A stretch of DNA of 64,000 bases, from assembly GCA_041686075.1 (NCBI GenBank), contig JAWLEO010000004.1:11006-75005 (forward strand), read 5' to 3'. The translations under genes were made by a program, and so were the position numbers. This document shows positions 30,363 to 39,739 of this stretch, in pieces. Position 1 is the stretch's first letter. Each line of letters starts with the position of its first letter. The notes beneath the pieces are model-generated. The model worked only from the letters and a program-made list of their open reading frames with translations. It was not told the origin of the DNA and did no database searches. Source of the stretch: Bacteroidales bacterium. GTDB lineage: Bacteria; Bacteroidota; Bacteroidia; Bacteroidales; VadinHA17.

Positions 30363-30482
30363 CTTTGAAGATGGGCAGACAAAGGCTGGGGGGTGTTCGC
30401 TACGCTCACCGTCCCCTTACCTCCAGTACTGAAAATAAAAACAATCACTCGCTACGCGATTACCGGAACAAGCTCCGTTCGA
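30363..30482. repeat. cluster of short GC-rich hairpins downstream of tRNA-Ala (GCGTAGCGA-loop type)
   Basis: CTTTG..GGGCAGACAAAG (30363-30385). GGGGTG-TTCGCTACGCT-CACC..CCCC (30388-30416). AATC-ACTCGCTACGC-GATT (30443-30461). GTTCGAAC palindrome (30476-30483). The motif TCGCTACGC occurs twice. Confidence 0.5.
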
Positions 30483-30490
30483 ACCGTATG

Positions 30491-30518
30491 AAAAACAAAA
30501 AACCTCCTGGCGGAGGTT
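30491..30518 (-). terminator. Rho-independent terminator after tRNA-Ala
   Basis: On the minus strand AACCTCC-GCCA-GGAGGTT is followed by TTTTGTTTTT (complement of 30491-30500). Confidence 0.7.
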
Positions 30519-30536
30519 GATTGTTTTTGCTTTAAC

Positions 30537-30611
<75 letters not shown>

Positions 30612-30623
30612 ATCGAAGTTCTG

Positions 30624-30654
30624 CAAAAATAAATGAAAAATTATTATATGCAAA
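30624..30654 (-). promoter_or_regulatory. Bacteroidetes-type sigma-A promoter for tRNA-Ala (TTTG-N19-TATTTTTG)
   Basis: The minus strand reads acccacTTTGcatataataatttttcattTATTTTTGcagaacttcgat followed by tRNA +1. This matches the -33 TTTG / -7 TAnnTTTG consensus with 19-nt spacing, 12 nt before the mature 5' end. Confidence 0.55.
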
Positions 30655-30820
30655 GTGGGTTAAATAGTTATTTGTTTTTTCATGAGAGTGATGCAGAGCA
30701 TTTTGACATGAAAAAAATTGACAAAAAGAAAAATATTTCGTATATTAATCAGAGTATTTAAATAAAATTTTGAAATTATTCTTTTAAATACTTAATTTTA
30801 GGCACTCAAAACGTAAAAAT

Positions 30821-31510
30821 ATGGAAATCAAGAAAAACGACAATGTAAATCTGGAGAAGCGTAAGGGTATATTCTTGCAACTGGGGCTCGTCATTGTCCT
30901 GGCAATATGCCTTATTGCTTTTGAATGGACTTCAGGAGAACGGAGAGATAGTGTTTTCGATACCGGTGGAGAGGAAGTGATTGATGAGGAGATGATTCCG
31001 ATTACCGAAATGGAAGAGCAGCAACCCGAAGCTCCACCTGAAGTACCAAAGGTGACAGAAATATTTGAAATCGTTGAAGATGATGTGGACATCGAAAATG
31101 AAGTCTTATTTGAAGATGATGAAGCTGACATCGATGAAGAGGTTCAAATGTATGATTTTGAAGTAACGGAAGAAGAGGAAGAAGAAGAAGAGGAAATTTT
31201 CGTTGTTGTTGAGGATATGCCTACTTTCAGAGGTGGTGATGTGAATAAATTCCGTGAATGGGTACAGCAAAGAATCAAATATCCCCAGATAGCAGCAGAA
31301 AATGGAATCCAGGGTAAAGTATTTCTCATGTTTGTTGTCGAGCCTGATGGTTCAGTAAGTAATGTTTCAGTTTTAAGGGGTGTTGACCCTGCACTCGACA
31401 ACGAAGCCGTAAGAGTGGTTGAAAGCTCACCAAAATGGTCTCCTGGCAAGCAAAGGGGATCATCTGTGAGGGTACGCTTTTCGATTACAGTTAATTTCCA
31501 GTTACAATAA
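30821..31510 (+). CDS. TonB-family energy transducer
   Basis: 229 aa. N-terminal TM anchor (GIFLQLGLVIVLAICLIAF), acidic/Pro-Glu linker including E9, and a TonB_C domain (MPTFRGGDVNKFREWV..YP..A..NGIQGKV.L.FVV..DGSV). Confidence 0.85.
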   Translation: MEIKKNDNVNLEKRKGIFLQLGLVIVLAICLIAFEWTSGERRDSVFDTGGEEVIDEEMIPITEMEEQQPEAPPEVPKVTEIFEIVEDDVDIENEVLFEDDEADIDEEVQMYDFEVTEEEEEEEEEIFVVVEDMPTFRGGDVNKFREWVQQRIKYPQIAAENGIQGKVFLMFVVEPDGSVSNVSVLRGVDPALDNEAVRVVESSPKWSPGKQRGSSVRVRFSITVNFQLQ

Positions 31511-31538
31511 AAAAATTCACTTTTATATTATTTTAAAT

Positions 31539-31569
31539 GCCGCCCTGTTAAATGAGGCGGCTTTTTTTT
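31539..31569 (+). terminator. Rho-independent terminator after the TonB-family gene
   Basis: GCCGCC-ctgttaaatga-GGCGGC followed by TTTTTTTT. Confidence 0.7.
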
Positions 31570-31623
31570 CAGGAAAATTATAATATCATATCTTTATTGC
31601 CAATAAACCAATAATCTTTAAAA

Positions 31624-32796
31624 ATGAGAAAGGTAATTTTTTATTTCGTAATTATCTCTATCTTCTTTGCGTCCTGTGGGTCAGCAAAAAGGCAGATGGA
31701 GTCAGGCAATTATGATGCAGCAATAAGCAAAGCTGTTGAAAAGATTCGAAAAGACAGGACCGATACGAAAAATATCGACATCCTGGATCAATCTTATAAA
31801 ATTGCCCTTGAACAGGATAATGAGAAAATAAGATTGTTGAAGATGGAAGGGAAACCACAAAACTGGGATGAAATATACCTGATCTATAAAAAAATGCATG
31901 ACAGGCAGTCGATGGTACGAACAGTATTGCCACTGAAGTCCGGTAACCGTACCGTTGATTTTCCATACGTTGATTATATGGAAGAAATGATTACGGCGAA
32001 AAACAAAGCTGCTGATTATTACTATGCAAACGGCCTTGAATTAATGAAGAACGGGACAAAAGAATCATACCGACAGGCCTTTGCCGAGTTTTCAAGGGCT
32101 AAGGAATATGTTGGTAATTACGAGAATATTGATCAGCTAATTGAAGAATCAAGGTACATGGGCATGAGCAGGGTATTTGTAAGGGTGGATAATCGTTCTC
32201 ATATTAATTTCCCCCCTGAATTTGAATCTGACCTCCTTGCCCTTGACCTGCCAAGGCTTGATAATTCCTGGGTAGAATACCATACGAAGCAGCTGGATGA
32301 GGATACGGAGTTCGATTATATAGTCTCCGTTATAATTAAATCAGTTGCCGTGTCTCCGGATAACACTTTCGAGAAAGATACCCTGATCAAAAGAGAAATT
32401 GAAGATGGTTTCCAGTATGTCCTGGATGATAATGGTAATGTAATGAAAGACAGCCTTGGTAATGATGTAAAAGTGAAAAAATACAAAACTGTGCAATGTG
32501 CACTGATTGAATCGGTGCAAACCAAGGAATGTATTATTGACGGCCAGGTGGAAATTGTCACTGTTAAGCTGGCGAAAGTGCTGAAAAGTGACCCCCTGTC
32601 TGCTGATTCATATTTCGAACATGTTTCAGCAAGGGCAATAGGGGATGAGGAAGCACTGATGCCGGCCGAGCGAGAAAAGATAAATAGCAAACCTATTCCC
32701 TTTCCTTCCGATCTCGAAATGGTGATAAGATGTTCTGAGGCTCTGAAGATGGGGATACGGAATGCAATGCAGAGAAACAGGAGATTCATAATATAA
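31624..32796 (+). CDS. hypothetical lipoprotein
   Basis: 390 aa. MRKVIFYFVIISIFFASC lipoprotein signal; no recognisable catalytic motifs. Confidence 0.6.
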   Translation: MRKVIFYFVIISIFFASCGSAKRQMESGNYDAAISKAVEKIRKDRTDTKNIDILDQSYKIALEQDNEKIRLLKMEGKPQNWDEIYLIYKKMHDRQSMVRTVLPLKSGNRTVDFPYVDYMEEMITAKNKAADYYYANGLELMKNGTKESYRQAFAEFSRAKEYVGNYENIDQLIEESRYMGMSRVFVRVDNRSHINFPPEFESDLLALDLPRLDNSWVEYHTKQLDEDTEFDYIVSVIIKSVAVSPDNTFEKDTLIKREIEDGFQYVLDDNGNVMKDSLGNDVKVKKYKTVQCALIESVQTKECIIDGQVEIVTVKLAKVLKSDPLSADSYFEHVSARAIGDEEALMPAEREKINSKPIPFPSDLEMVIRCSEALKMGIRNAMQRNRRFII

Positions 32797-32849
32797 AACT
32801 TCCTCATTTGTAAATATTATTATAACCTGCGGTCGTTTTGAATTGAATA

Positions 32850-34052
32850 TTGAGTATGGGTAAAATGATTGAAACGGCAGGCCAATCCGACCGTGCTGTT
32901 CTTATTGGTGTGGTGCTTCCTCGCCAGAGTGAAGAAGAAACAACTGAATACCTTGATGAACTGGCCTTTTTAACAGAAACAGCCGGCGCAATACCGGTAA
33001 AGACATTTGTGCAGAAACTTAATGCACCCGATCCTAAAACCTTTGTTGGCAGAGGTAAGATCAAGGAAATAGAAATTTATATCCGCAATAATGATATAGA
33101 TCTTGCAATATTCGATGAGGAACTGAGCCCCTCACAGCTCCGAAATATAGAAAAGATACTAAAATGCAGGATACTCGACCGTACTAACCTGATCCTCGAT
33201 ATCTTTGCACGCAGGGCACGGACTGCCCATGCCAAAGTGCAGGTTGAACTGGCACAATATGAATACCTCCTGCCACGACTTACAAGAATGTGGACCCACC
33301 TGGAAAGACAAAAAGGAGGAATAGGATTAAGGGGACCAGGTGAAACCGAGCTTGAAACAGATCGCCGCATAATACGTGATAAGATAGCCAGGCTTAAAAA
33401 GCAATTGCAGAAAATAGACAGGCAGATGACCGTTCAGCGTAAGAACAGGTCAAAAATGGTGCAGGTGGCCCTGGTGGGATACACTAATGTTGGTAAATCA
33501 ACCATAATGAACTTGCTCAGTAAGTCTGATATTTTTGCTGAGAATAAGCTTTTTGCAACCCTTGATACCACCGTGAGAAAAGTAGTAATAGGAAACCTGC
33601 CCTTCCTGCTCTCAGATACCGTGGGGTTCATTAGAAAGCTACCTCCTGAATTGGTTGAGTCATTTAAATCGACCCTCGATGAAGTAAGGGAAGCAGATAT
33701 CCTGTGCCATATAGTCGATATATCACATTCTGGCTTCGAAGACCAGATCAGGATAGTTAACGAAACACTGAGTGATCTGAAAGTGGATAATAAAGAGATA
33801 ATAATGGTATTCAATAAGATTGATGCTTTTCGGTATACCGTAAAAGACGAGGATGATCTCACAGCGAAAGGGAAAGAAAACTTTACGCTTGAAGAACTGG
33901 AGGAGAGCTGGATGTCAAATAATAAAAATGCCAAAACAGTATTTATCTCGGCAAAGGGAAAAACAAATATTGATGCCTTCAAGGAAATTCTCTATACCGA
34001 GGTGAAGAAACTGCATGAGAAAATTTATCCCTATGATAATTTTTTGTATTAG
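32850..34052 (+). CDS. hflX: GTPase HflX
   Basis: 400 aa. HflX N-terminal domain, G1 GYTNVGKST, G3 DTVGF, G4 NKID. Confidence 0.92.
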   Translation: MSMGKMIETAGQSDRAVLIGVVLPRQSEEETTEYLDELAFLTETAGAIPVKTFVQKLNAPDPKTFVGRGKIKEIEIYIRNNDIDLAIFDEELSPSQLRNIEKILKCRILDRTNLILDIFARRARTAHAKVQVELAQYEYLLPRLTRMWTHLERQKGGIGLRGPGETELETDRRIIRDKIARLKKQLQKIDRQMTVQRKNRSKMVQVALVGYTNVGKSTIMNLLSKSDIFAENKLFATLDTTVRKVVIGNLPFLLSDTVGFIRKLPPELVESFKSTLDEVREADILCHIVDISHSGFEDQIRIVNETLSDLKVDNKEIIMVFNKIDAFRYTVKDEDDLTAKGKENFTLEELEESWMSNNKNAKTVFISAKGKTNIDAFKEILYTEVKKLHEKIYPYDNFLY

Positions 34053-35029
34053 GGAAAAATAATTTCCGCTATCTGGATGGCATTAGTTGCTGCCCCCTTA
34101 CGTATATTATCAGCCACTATCCACATGTTCACAGCATTATCACATGAGTAATCTTTCCTTATACGCCCAACAAATACCTCATTTTTACCTGAAGCATCCA
34201 CGGGCATAGGATAGATATTTTTGGATGGATCATCCCTTACAAGCACACCCTCTGTTTTATTGAGTATCTTTTTTATATCAGACAGCCTGGCTTCCTTTTT
34301 GAATTCTACATTTACGGATTCTGAATGTCCTCCGGTAACAGGTAATCTCACTGCTGTTGCAGTAATCTGAATGCTATCATCCCCAAGGATTTTCTTTGTT
34401 TCGTTGACCAGCTTCATCTCTTCACGGGTATACCCGTTATCAAGAAAAGTGTCACAATGAGGCAGGCAATTCATGAATATTTTATGGGGGTAAGCCATGT
34501 TTCCACTTACACCCTTTATCTCGTTCTCCAGTTGCTTAACGGCTTCAGTGCCTGTGCCTGTAACAGACTGGTAGGTTGATATTACCAGGCGTTTAATGCC
34601 ATAAAGCCTGTACAGGGGAGCCAAAACCATTATTAGTTGTACCGTGGAACAGTTAGGGTTGGCTATGATCTTGTGTTCCCGGCTGATTGCCGTGGCATTA
34701 ACTTCAGGCACTATCAGCGGTATTTCTTTGTTCATCCTCCAGGCCGAAGAATTATCGATAACCGTAATGTCCTTTGCAGCAAAAACAGGGGCCCATTCCA
34801 GTGATATTTTACTGCCTACTGAAAAGAATGCTATATCAGGTCTTTTTTCAAGTGCGTCAGCAATGCTTATAATCTTATGTTTTTGACCCTTGAAAATTAT
34901 CTCTTTACCTTCAGACCGGTGTGATGCAACCGGTATTAATTCACCAAGCGGAAAATTCCGTTCCTCAAGTACTGTGAGCATTGCCTGTCCTACCAAACCA
35001 CTCACTCCAACCACTGCCACTTTCTTCAT
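34049..35029 (-). CDS. asd: aspartate-semialdehyde dehydrogenase
   Basis: 326 aa. VAVVGVSGLVGQ Rossmann N-terminus and active-site NCST (ANPNCSTVQL). Confidence 0.92.
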   Translation of the reverse strand: MKKVAVVGVSGLVGQAMLTVLEERNFPLGELIPVASHRSEGKEIIFKGQKHKIISIADALEKRPDIAFFSVGSKISLEWAPVFAAKDITVIDNSSAWRMNKEIPLIVPEVNATAISREHKIIANPNCSTVQLIMVLAPLYRLYGIKRLVISTYQSVTGTGTEAVKQLENEIKGVSGNMAYPHKIFMNCLPHCDTFLDNGYTREEMKLVNETKKILGDDSIQITATAVRLPVTGGHSESVNVEFKKEARLSDIKKILNKTEGVLVRDDPSKNIYPMPVDASGKNEVFVGRIRKDYSCDNAVNMWIVADNIRKGAATNAIQIAEIIFP

Positions 35030-35118
35030 AAACTTTTTGTTTTTTAAAATATATTGCTGAAATTTATAAGACTAATATTGTAAAGATAGTTTTTTAGCTT
35101 CTTTCATCTATTCGCTGC

Positions 35119-37740
35119 ATGAGAAAAATTGTATTACTATTTGTTATGATACCGGGCATGGTATATGCCCAGGTTATCAATGAAAATTTCGAGTCAGGCC
35201 TGACTGGAAATTGGCTTCAGGATCCCCCAAACAGGTGGGGTATTGATTCGCTGCAAAATATTAGCGGTTCTTATTCTCTCCACCATTCTTTTGATAATCC
35301 CGAGTCAGGATGTGACAGGATCGGGATAATGATAAATGGTCTTCAACCGTCTGCTTCTGAAACAAGCTGGCAGTTTAAGATCAGACATTCATACAATCCT
35401 TCTTCGGCAAATAACTGGTCTTTTTTCCTGATGTCTGATCAGCCTCCATCCGGCATGATAACAGGAGGGACAACGTCAGCTTATGCCCTTGGGGTAAATC
35501 TGAGTGGCTACGATGACATACTGAGCCTGTGGAAGATTGTAAATGGTGACCCGTCAAGAGTGTTTCCAACTTCCCTTAACTGGCAAAGTGATATAGGGGT
35601 CGACTCGGTGGTTTGCTTAACAGTAAAAAGAACAGTTGAAGGAAACTGGCAGGTTTTCATTGCTGATGAAAGGGATAATCAGGTACTGATTGGAGAGGGT
35701 ATTGACGATGATCTGTTTTATATTGGCTGGGCGGGAATAATGTACGAATACTCCTCAGCACAGGATCGCAAGCTATGGCTTGATGATATCATCATCGAAG
35801 GACATGTTGAAGTGGATGACAGGGCACCTGCTGTTGATACTGCATTTTTTTCAGGAAGTAAGATGCTGATCATGGAATTTGATGAGGCCCTGGCCGATGA
35901 CCCCCGCCCGGAAGAATGCCTGTTGATGCCAGGCAGTCATTTACCCGCATGTATAAAAAAAAGCAATGAAGCCTATATGCTTGAATTTACGACTGACCTT
36001 CCAGACAAAACATATTACACATTGCATCTGAATGATATTTGTGATTTATCAGCGAATTGTTGCGATATAATTATTGACAGCATACTCCTGGTGATACCCG
36101 GATGGAACGATATTATTATTTCAGAAATAATGTTCGATCCTGATCCGCCTGTTGGATTGCCACCATGTGAGTACATCGAGCTTCATAACATCTCGGGGTT
36201 TGATCTTAATATTGACGGGTTCATGCTACAGGTGGGAGACCGAAAGCACAGAATAAAGGGAGGCTATTTTGAGGCAGGCGACTATTTATTGCTTACCAAT
36301 GAGAGTGATGTAAATTCTTTTGCTTCCCCTGGCAGTATCTTTTATACCGAAAGCAAATTCAGCATGGATAATAAAACGGACAGGTTGCTGTTATTGAATT
36401 CTTCCGGCAATGTTATCCATGGGGTCGACTATGATATCGATTGGTATAATAATCAGCTGAAGAAATACGGCGGCTGGTCACTGGAAATTATTGACCCGCT
36501 CTATCCTTTTGCGGGAAAGACAAACTGGTCGGAATCTACAAACAGGACAGGGGGCACTCCCGGATCTGTCAATTCAAACAATGGCCTGAACCCGGACCTT
36601 GAGAGCCCTCTAATTACCAATATATATCCACGAACAGGCAAAGTAATACACATTATGTTTTCAGAAACCATGAAAGAGAATGTAACGGATAAGGAAAATT
36701 GGGCTTTTCAGGATAATACTGCAGAAGATATAGTCCTGGCTGATGAATTAATAAAGAGTATTGATATAAAGTTTAGAGACAGCCTGGTTACAGGTACCAT
36801 TTATAAAATAAGTACACTGGAAGACATGAGCGACCAGGCCGGTAATATTCTGATAATAAAGGACGATAGATTTGGTCTTCCTGCTGACACAGAAGAAGGG
36901 GATTTACTTTTTAATGAAGTGTTATTTGATCCCTTACCCGGGGTGCCTGAATTTATTGAGTTATTTAACCCATCTGAAAAGATTATTGATCTGTCAGACC
37001 ACTTTATCGTAAGTTTTAATTCCGAGACTTCTGATACAGGGAGGATAATATGGTTGTCAGAAGAGCCCAGGTGCCTGATGCCGGGGGACTATTTTGTTAT
37101 AACAACTGACCGGGAAGCTTTAATCAATGCATACAGCACCTGTGACAGAGACAGGATTTATGAGCTGGGCTCATTGCCTTCAATGCCCAATAAAGGCGGT
37201 GGCCTGCTTTTATTTAACAGGAGCCTGGGCTTGATAGACAGGATGAATTATTCTGAAGACATGCATTATAGCATGCTTTCTATCACCTGTGGAGTTTCAC
37301 TTGAACGTATCGATATGGCTAAGCCGGGAACTGACAATGATAACTGGAGGTCGGCTTCAGGAATGGCAGGCTATGCCACCCCCGGAATGGAAAATTCCTG
37401 TGGTGAAGTTGAAGAGGTAGTCAGTGAGGAAGTTATGAGTTTATCGTCAGGTAAGATAAGCCCTGACAATGACGGCTGGGAAGATTTTCTGGAGATTAAT
37501 ATCAACCTGCCCGATGATGAAAATATAGTGGAAGTAAGAGTGTACAATGATATGGGTTATCCTGTGCGGGATCTGGCTGATAACCTGACTGCCGGCTATC
37601 TTTCAAAGATAATATGGGATGGATGCGACGACCATGGCTATCCTGTCAGAGAAGGGATTTACATAATATGCTCGAAAATAATATCCCCTGGCAGGGCACC
37701 ATGTGTTTTAAAAGAGGTATGTGCCGTTGTTTATTATTGA
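35119..37740 (+). CDS. secreted protein with two lamin-tail-like domains and a T9SS type-B-like C-terminal domain
   Basis: 873 aa with signal MRKIVLLFVMIPGMVYAQ. LTD-like segments are IIISEIMFDPDPPVGLPPCEYIELHNISGFDLNIDGFML and LLFNEVLFDPLPGVPEFIELFNPSEKIIDLSDHFIV. The C-terminus ISPDNDGWEDFLEI..VRVYNDMGYPV..WDG..G..V.EGIYI resembles the gliding-motility/CHU_C sorting domain. Confidence 0.65.
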   Translation: MRKIVLLFVMIPGMVYAQVINENFESGLTGNWLQDPPNRWGIDSLQNISGSYSLHHSFDNPESGCDRIGIMINGLQPSASETSWQFKIRHSYNPSSANNWSFFLMSDQPPSGMITGGTTSAYALGVNLSGYDDILSLWKIVNGDPSRVFPTSLNWQSDIGVDSVVCLTVKRTVEGNWQVFIADERDNQVLIGEGIDDDLFYIGWAGIMYEYSSAQDRKLWLDDIIIEGHVEVDDRAPAVDTAFFSGSKMLIMEFDEALADDPRPEECLLMPGSHLPACIKKSNEAYMLEFTTDLPDKTYYTLHLNDICDLSANCCDIIIDSILLVIPGWNDIIISEIMFDPDPPVGLPPCEYIELHNISGFDLNIDGFMLQVGDRKHRIKGGYFEAGDYLLLTNESDVNSFASPGSIFYTESKFSMDNKTDRLLLLNSSGNVIHGVDYDIDWYNNQLKKYGGWSLEIIDPLYPFAGKTNWSESTNRTGGTPGSVNSNNGLNPDLESPLITNIYPRTGKVIHIMFSETMKENVTDKENWAFQDNTAEDIVLADELIKSIDIKFRDSLVTGTIYKISTLEDMSDQAGNILIIKDDRFGLPADTEEGDLLFNEVLFDPLPGVPEFIELFNPSEKIIDLSDHFIVSFNSETSDTGRIIWLSEEPRCLMPGDYFVITTDREALINAYSTCDRDRIYELGSLPSMPNKGGGLLLFNRSLGLIDRMNYSEDMHYSMLSITCGVSLERIDMAKPGTDNDNWRSASGMAGYATPGMENSCGEVEEVVSEEVMSLSSGKISPDNDGWEDFLEININLPDDENIVEVRVYNDMGYPVRDLADNLTAGYLSKIIWDGCDDHGYPVREGIYIICSKIISPGRAPCVLKEVCAVVYY

Positions 37741-38921
37741 TTTCCTGTATTATTATTTGTTTTTTCCGGGATCCTGAAGGCAAAAATGATGGAGAAGAAA
37801 GCCATTAAGCCTGCTATGAGGTAGGTGGTGTCCATACCAATGTGGTCAGAAAGGGCACCAACACCAAGAGTCATAACCGCGGTGATGAAAAAATTAATCA
37901 TCATGTACACACCGTTAACAAAGGGTAGGTGCTTAGTATCGAGATCGTGAATGACGGCAAGGTTTACTGACTGGGGTGCTACAAGGAAGACTCCCATCAG
38001 GACTAATAAGACAATATTTACCAGGCCTGTTGAATTAATGAACAGGAGCATCAGAACAGGTGACACTATGGATACAATTATCAATGTTTGGCGGCGTCCT
38101 ATTTTATCAGATATTGAACCTGAAATAAATGTGCCGGCAGCGCCTGCCAGCTGAAGGACAGATAAGGATATGCCAGCACCCCACAGTTCCATCCCTTTGC
38201 CGGTCAGGTAAACAGGAAGATATAATGTCAATGAGGCTTTCATGGCGCCCCTGAAGAAGGTTATCCCTGCCAGTGTAAGAAAGACCGGAAGAAAATGTCT
38301 GAAAATAAGCAGGTAATTAGGTTTCTCTGTTCTTATTTCTTCGCTGATTGATACTTTTCTGAGCCGCAACCAGAGAATGAATGAAGCCAGTACACCAAAA
38401 GGAATAAGTCTCAATGTACCATTCAGACCCCATTGTTCAACAGCTGCAACCACTATCAATGGCCCCAGTGTCCTGGCCAGCTCGCCACCGACCATAAAGA
38501 AGCTCATACCCATGCCTGTCCTTTCTCCGGATATTTTCTTTACCATTACCGGGGCAGGAACATGGAACATGGTTGAACTGATACCACTTACTAAAAGCAA
38601 TATTACGAGTATTATATACAGGGGGGCCACTCCTATTAGACCCATAGCAATGGTGGTAACCGCAGGTGCAAATATTACGAAATACCTTACTTTAATATTC
38701 TCAGCCAGTATACCTACCAGGGGATTAAAAAGTGATGGTACCCGTTGTACAACACTCAGAATACCAGAGAGGAAAAGTGACATATTAAATTTCTCAATTA
38801 AAAGAGGCAGTAATGGTGCCAGGAAGGAGGTATAGATATCATGAATAAGGTGAGCCAGTGAGATCAGTATTACATTATCTGTTTGAAATCCATTCCTGCT
38901 GACCTTATTCTCGTTTTGCAT
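37734..38921 (-). CDS. MFS transporter
   Basis: 395 aa, ~12 TM helices, with MFS loop-type motifs (ISDKIGRRQT). Confidence 0.8.
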   Translation of the reverse strand: MQNENKVSRNGFQTDNVILISLAHLIHDIYTSFLAPLLPLLIEKFNMSLFLSGILSVVQRVPSLFNPLVGILAENIKVRYFVIFAPAVTTIAMGLIGVAPLYIILVILLLVSGISSTMFHVPAPVMVKKISGERTGMGMSFFMVGGELARTLGPLIVVAAVEQWGLNGTLRLIPFGVLASFILWLRLRKVSISEEIRTEKPNYLLIFRHFLPVFLTLAGITFFRGAMKASLTLYLPVYLTGKGMELWGAGISLSVLQLAGAAGTFISGSISDKIGRRQTLIIVSIVSPVLMLLFINSTGLVNIVLLVLMGVFLVAPQSVNLAVIHDLDTKHLPFVNGVYMMINFFITAVMTLGVGALSDHIGMDTTYLIAGLMAFFSIIFAFRIPEKTNNNTGNQ

Positions 38922-38929
38922 TACCCGGT

Positions 38930-39739
38930 TCAGATTTTATTTATCAGGCGTGTCATTATTGCCGTCATTTTTGATTCGCTCGCGGCGGCGGCTTCTTTTA
39001 CCATTTCATGGGTGATATAATGTATTTTGCCTTCAACACCCAGGTCGCTGATTATGCTAACCGCAAAAGATGGGACGCTCATGTGCCTGGCAATTATGAC
39101 TTCAGGGACCGTGGACATACCTACGGCATCGGCTCCTATCAACCTGAAGTGCTTATATTCTGCCGGTGTCTCAAAGGTAGGTCCGGAGGTAGCAAGGTAT
39201 ATTCCTTTTTTAATATGAATATCCAGTTCCTTTGACACCTTTTCTGCTTTTGCAATCATGGTTTTATCATATGCCTCACTCATATCAGGGAATCGCGGTC
39301 CGATCATATTATTATTTGGTCCTATCAGTGGATTGGGTAAGAAATTAATATGATCAGTGATGATCATTATATCTCCAACGTTGAAATCCGGATTTAATCC
39401 CCCTGCAGCATTTGACAGGAAGAGGTATTTTATGCCGAGATATTTCATTACCCTTATAGGAAATACAAGTTGATCCACCGTGTAACCCTCATAGAAGTGA
39501 AAGCGACCTTTCATAGCCACTATTTTTTTATTTCCAAAATCACCAAAAATCAATTTACCCTCATGTCCTTCAACGGTGGCAACAGGGAAATTAGGGATCT
39601 TCGAATAATCGATCTCATTTCTGATATTAATTTTTGACACCAGCCCTCCAAGTCCGGTACCCAGCACTATGCCTGCATCAGGTGCTGTAAAGCCTTTTGA
39701 TTTAAGAAATGATGCTGTTTTTTCTATTTTTTCTAACAT
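38930..39739 (-). CDS. purine nucleoside phosphorylase (trimeric PNP/PunA type)
   Basis: 269 aa. GIVLGTGLG, VEGHEGKL, GRFHFYEGY, SNAAGGLN, GMSTVPE motifs. Confidence 0.9.
   Translation of the reverse strand: MLEKIEKTASFLKSKGFTAPDAGIVLGTGLGGLVSKINIRNEIDYSKIPNFPVATVEGHEGKLIFGDFGNKKIVAMKGRFHFYEGYTVDQLVFPIRVMKYLGIKYLFLSNAAGGLNPDFNVGDIMIITDHINFLPNPLIGPNNNMIGPRFPDMSEAYDKTMIAKAEKVSKELDIHIKKGIYLATSGPTFETPAEYKHFRLIGADAVGMSTVPEVIIARHMSVPSFAVSIISDLGVEGKIHYITHEMVKEAAAASESKMTAIMTRLINKI

Noticed and set aside
31135-31200. GAA/GAG-rich tract (E9 run) in the TonB-family gene as a DNA repeat element
   Set aside because: It is in frame within the acidic linker typical of TonB proteins. This is ordinary low-complexity coding sequence, though it could be slippage-prone.
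32316-33982. Minus-strand ORFs 32316..32807 (163 aa), 32804..33064, 33077..33370 and 33434..33982 (182 aa)
   Set aside because: They are antisense to the lipoprotein gene and hflX. They have serine/leucine-rich, low-information sequences with no motifs.
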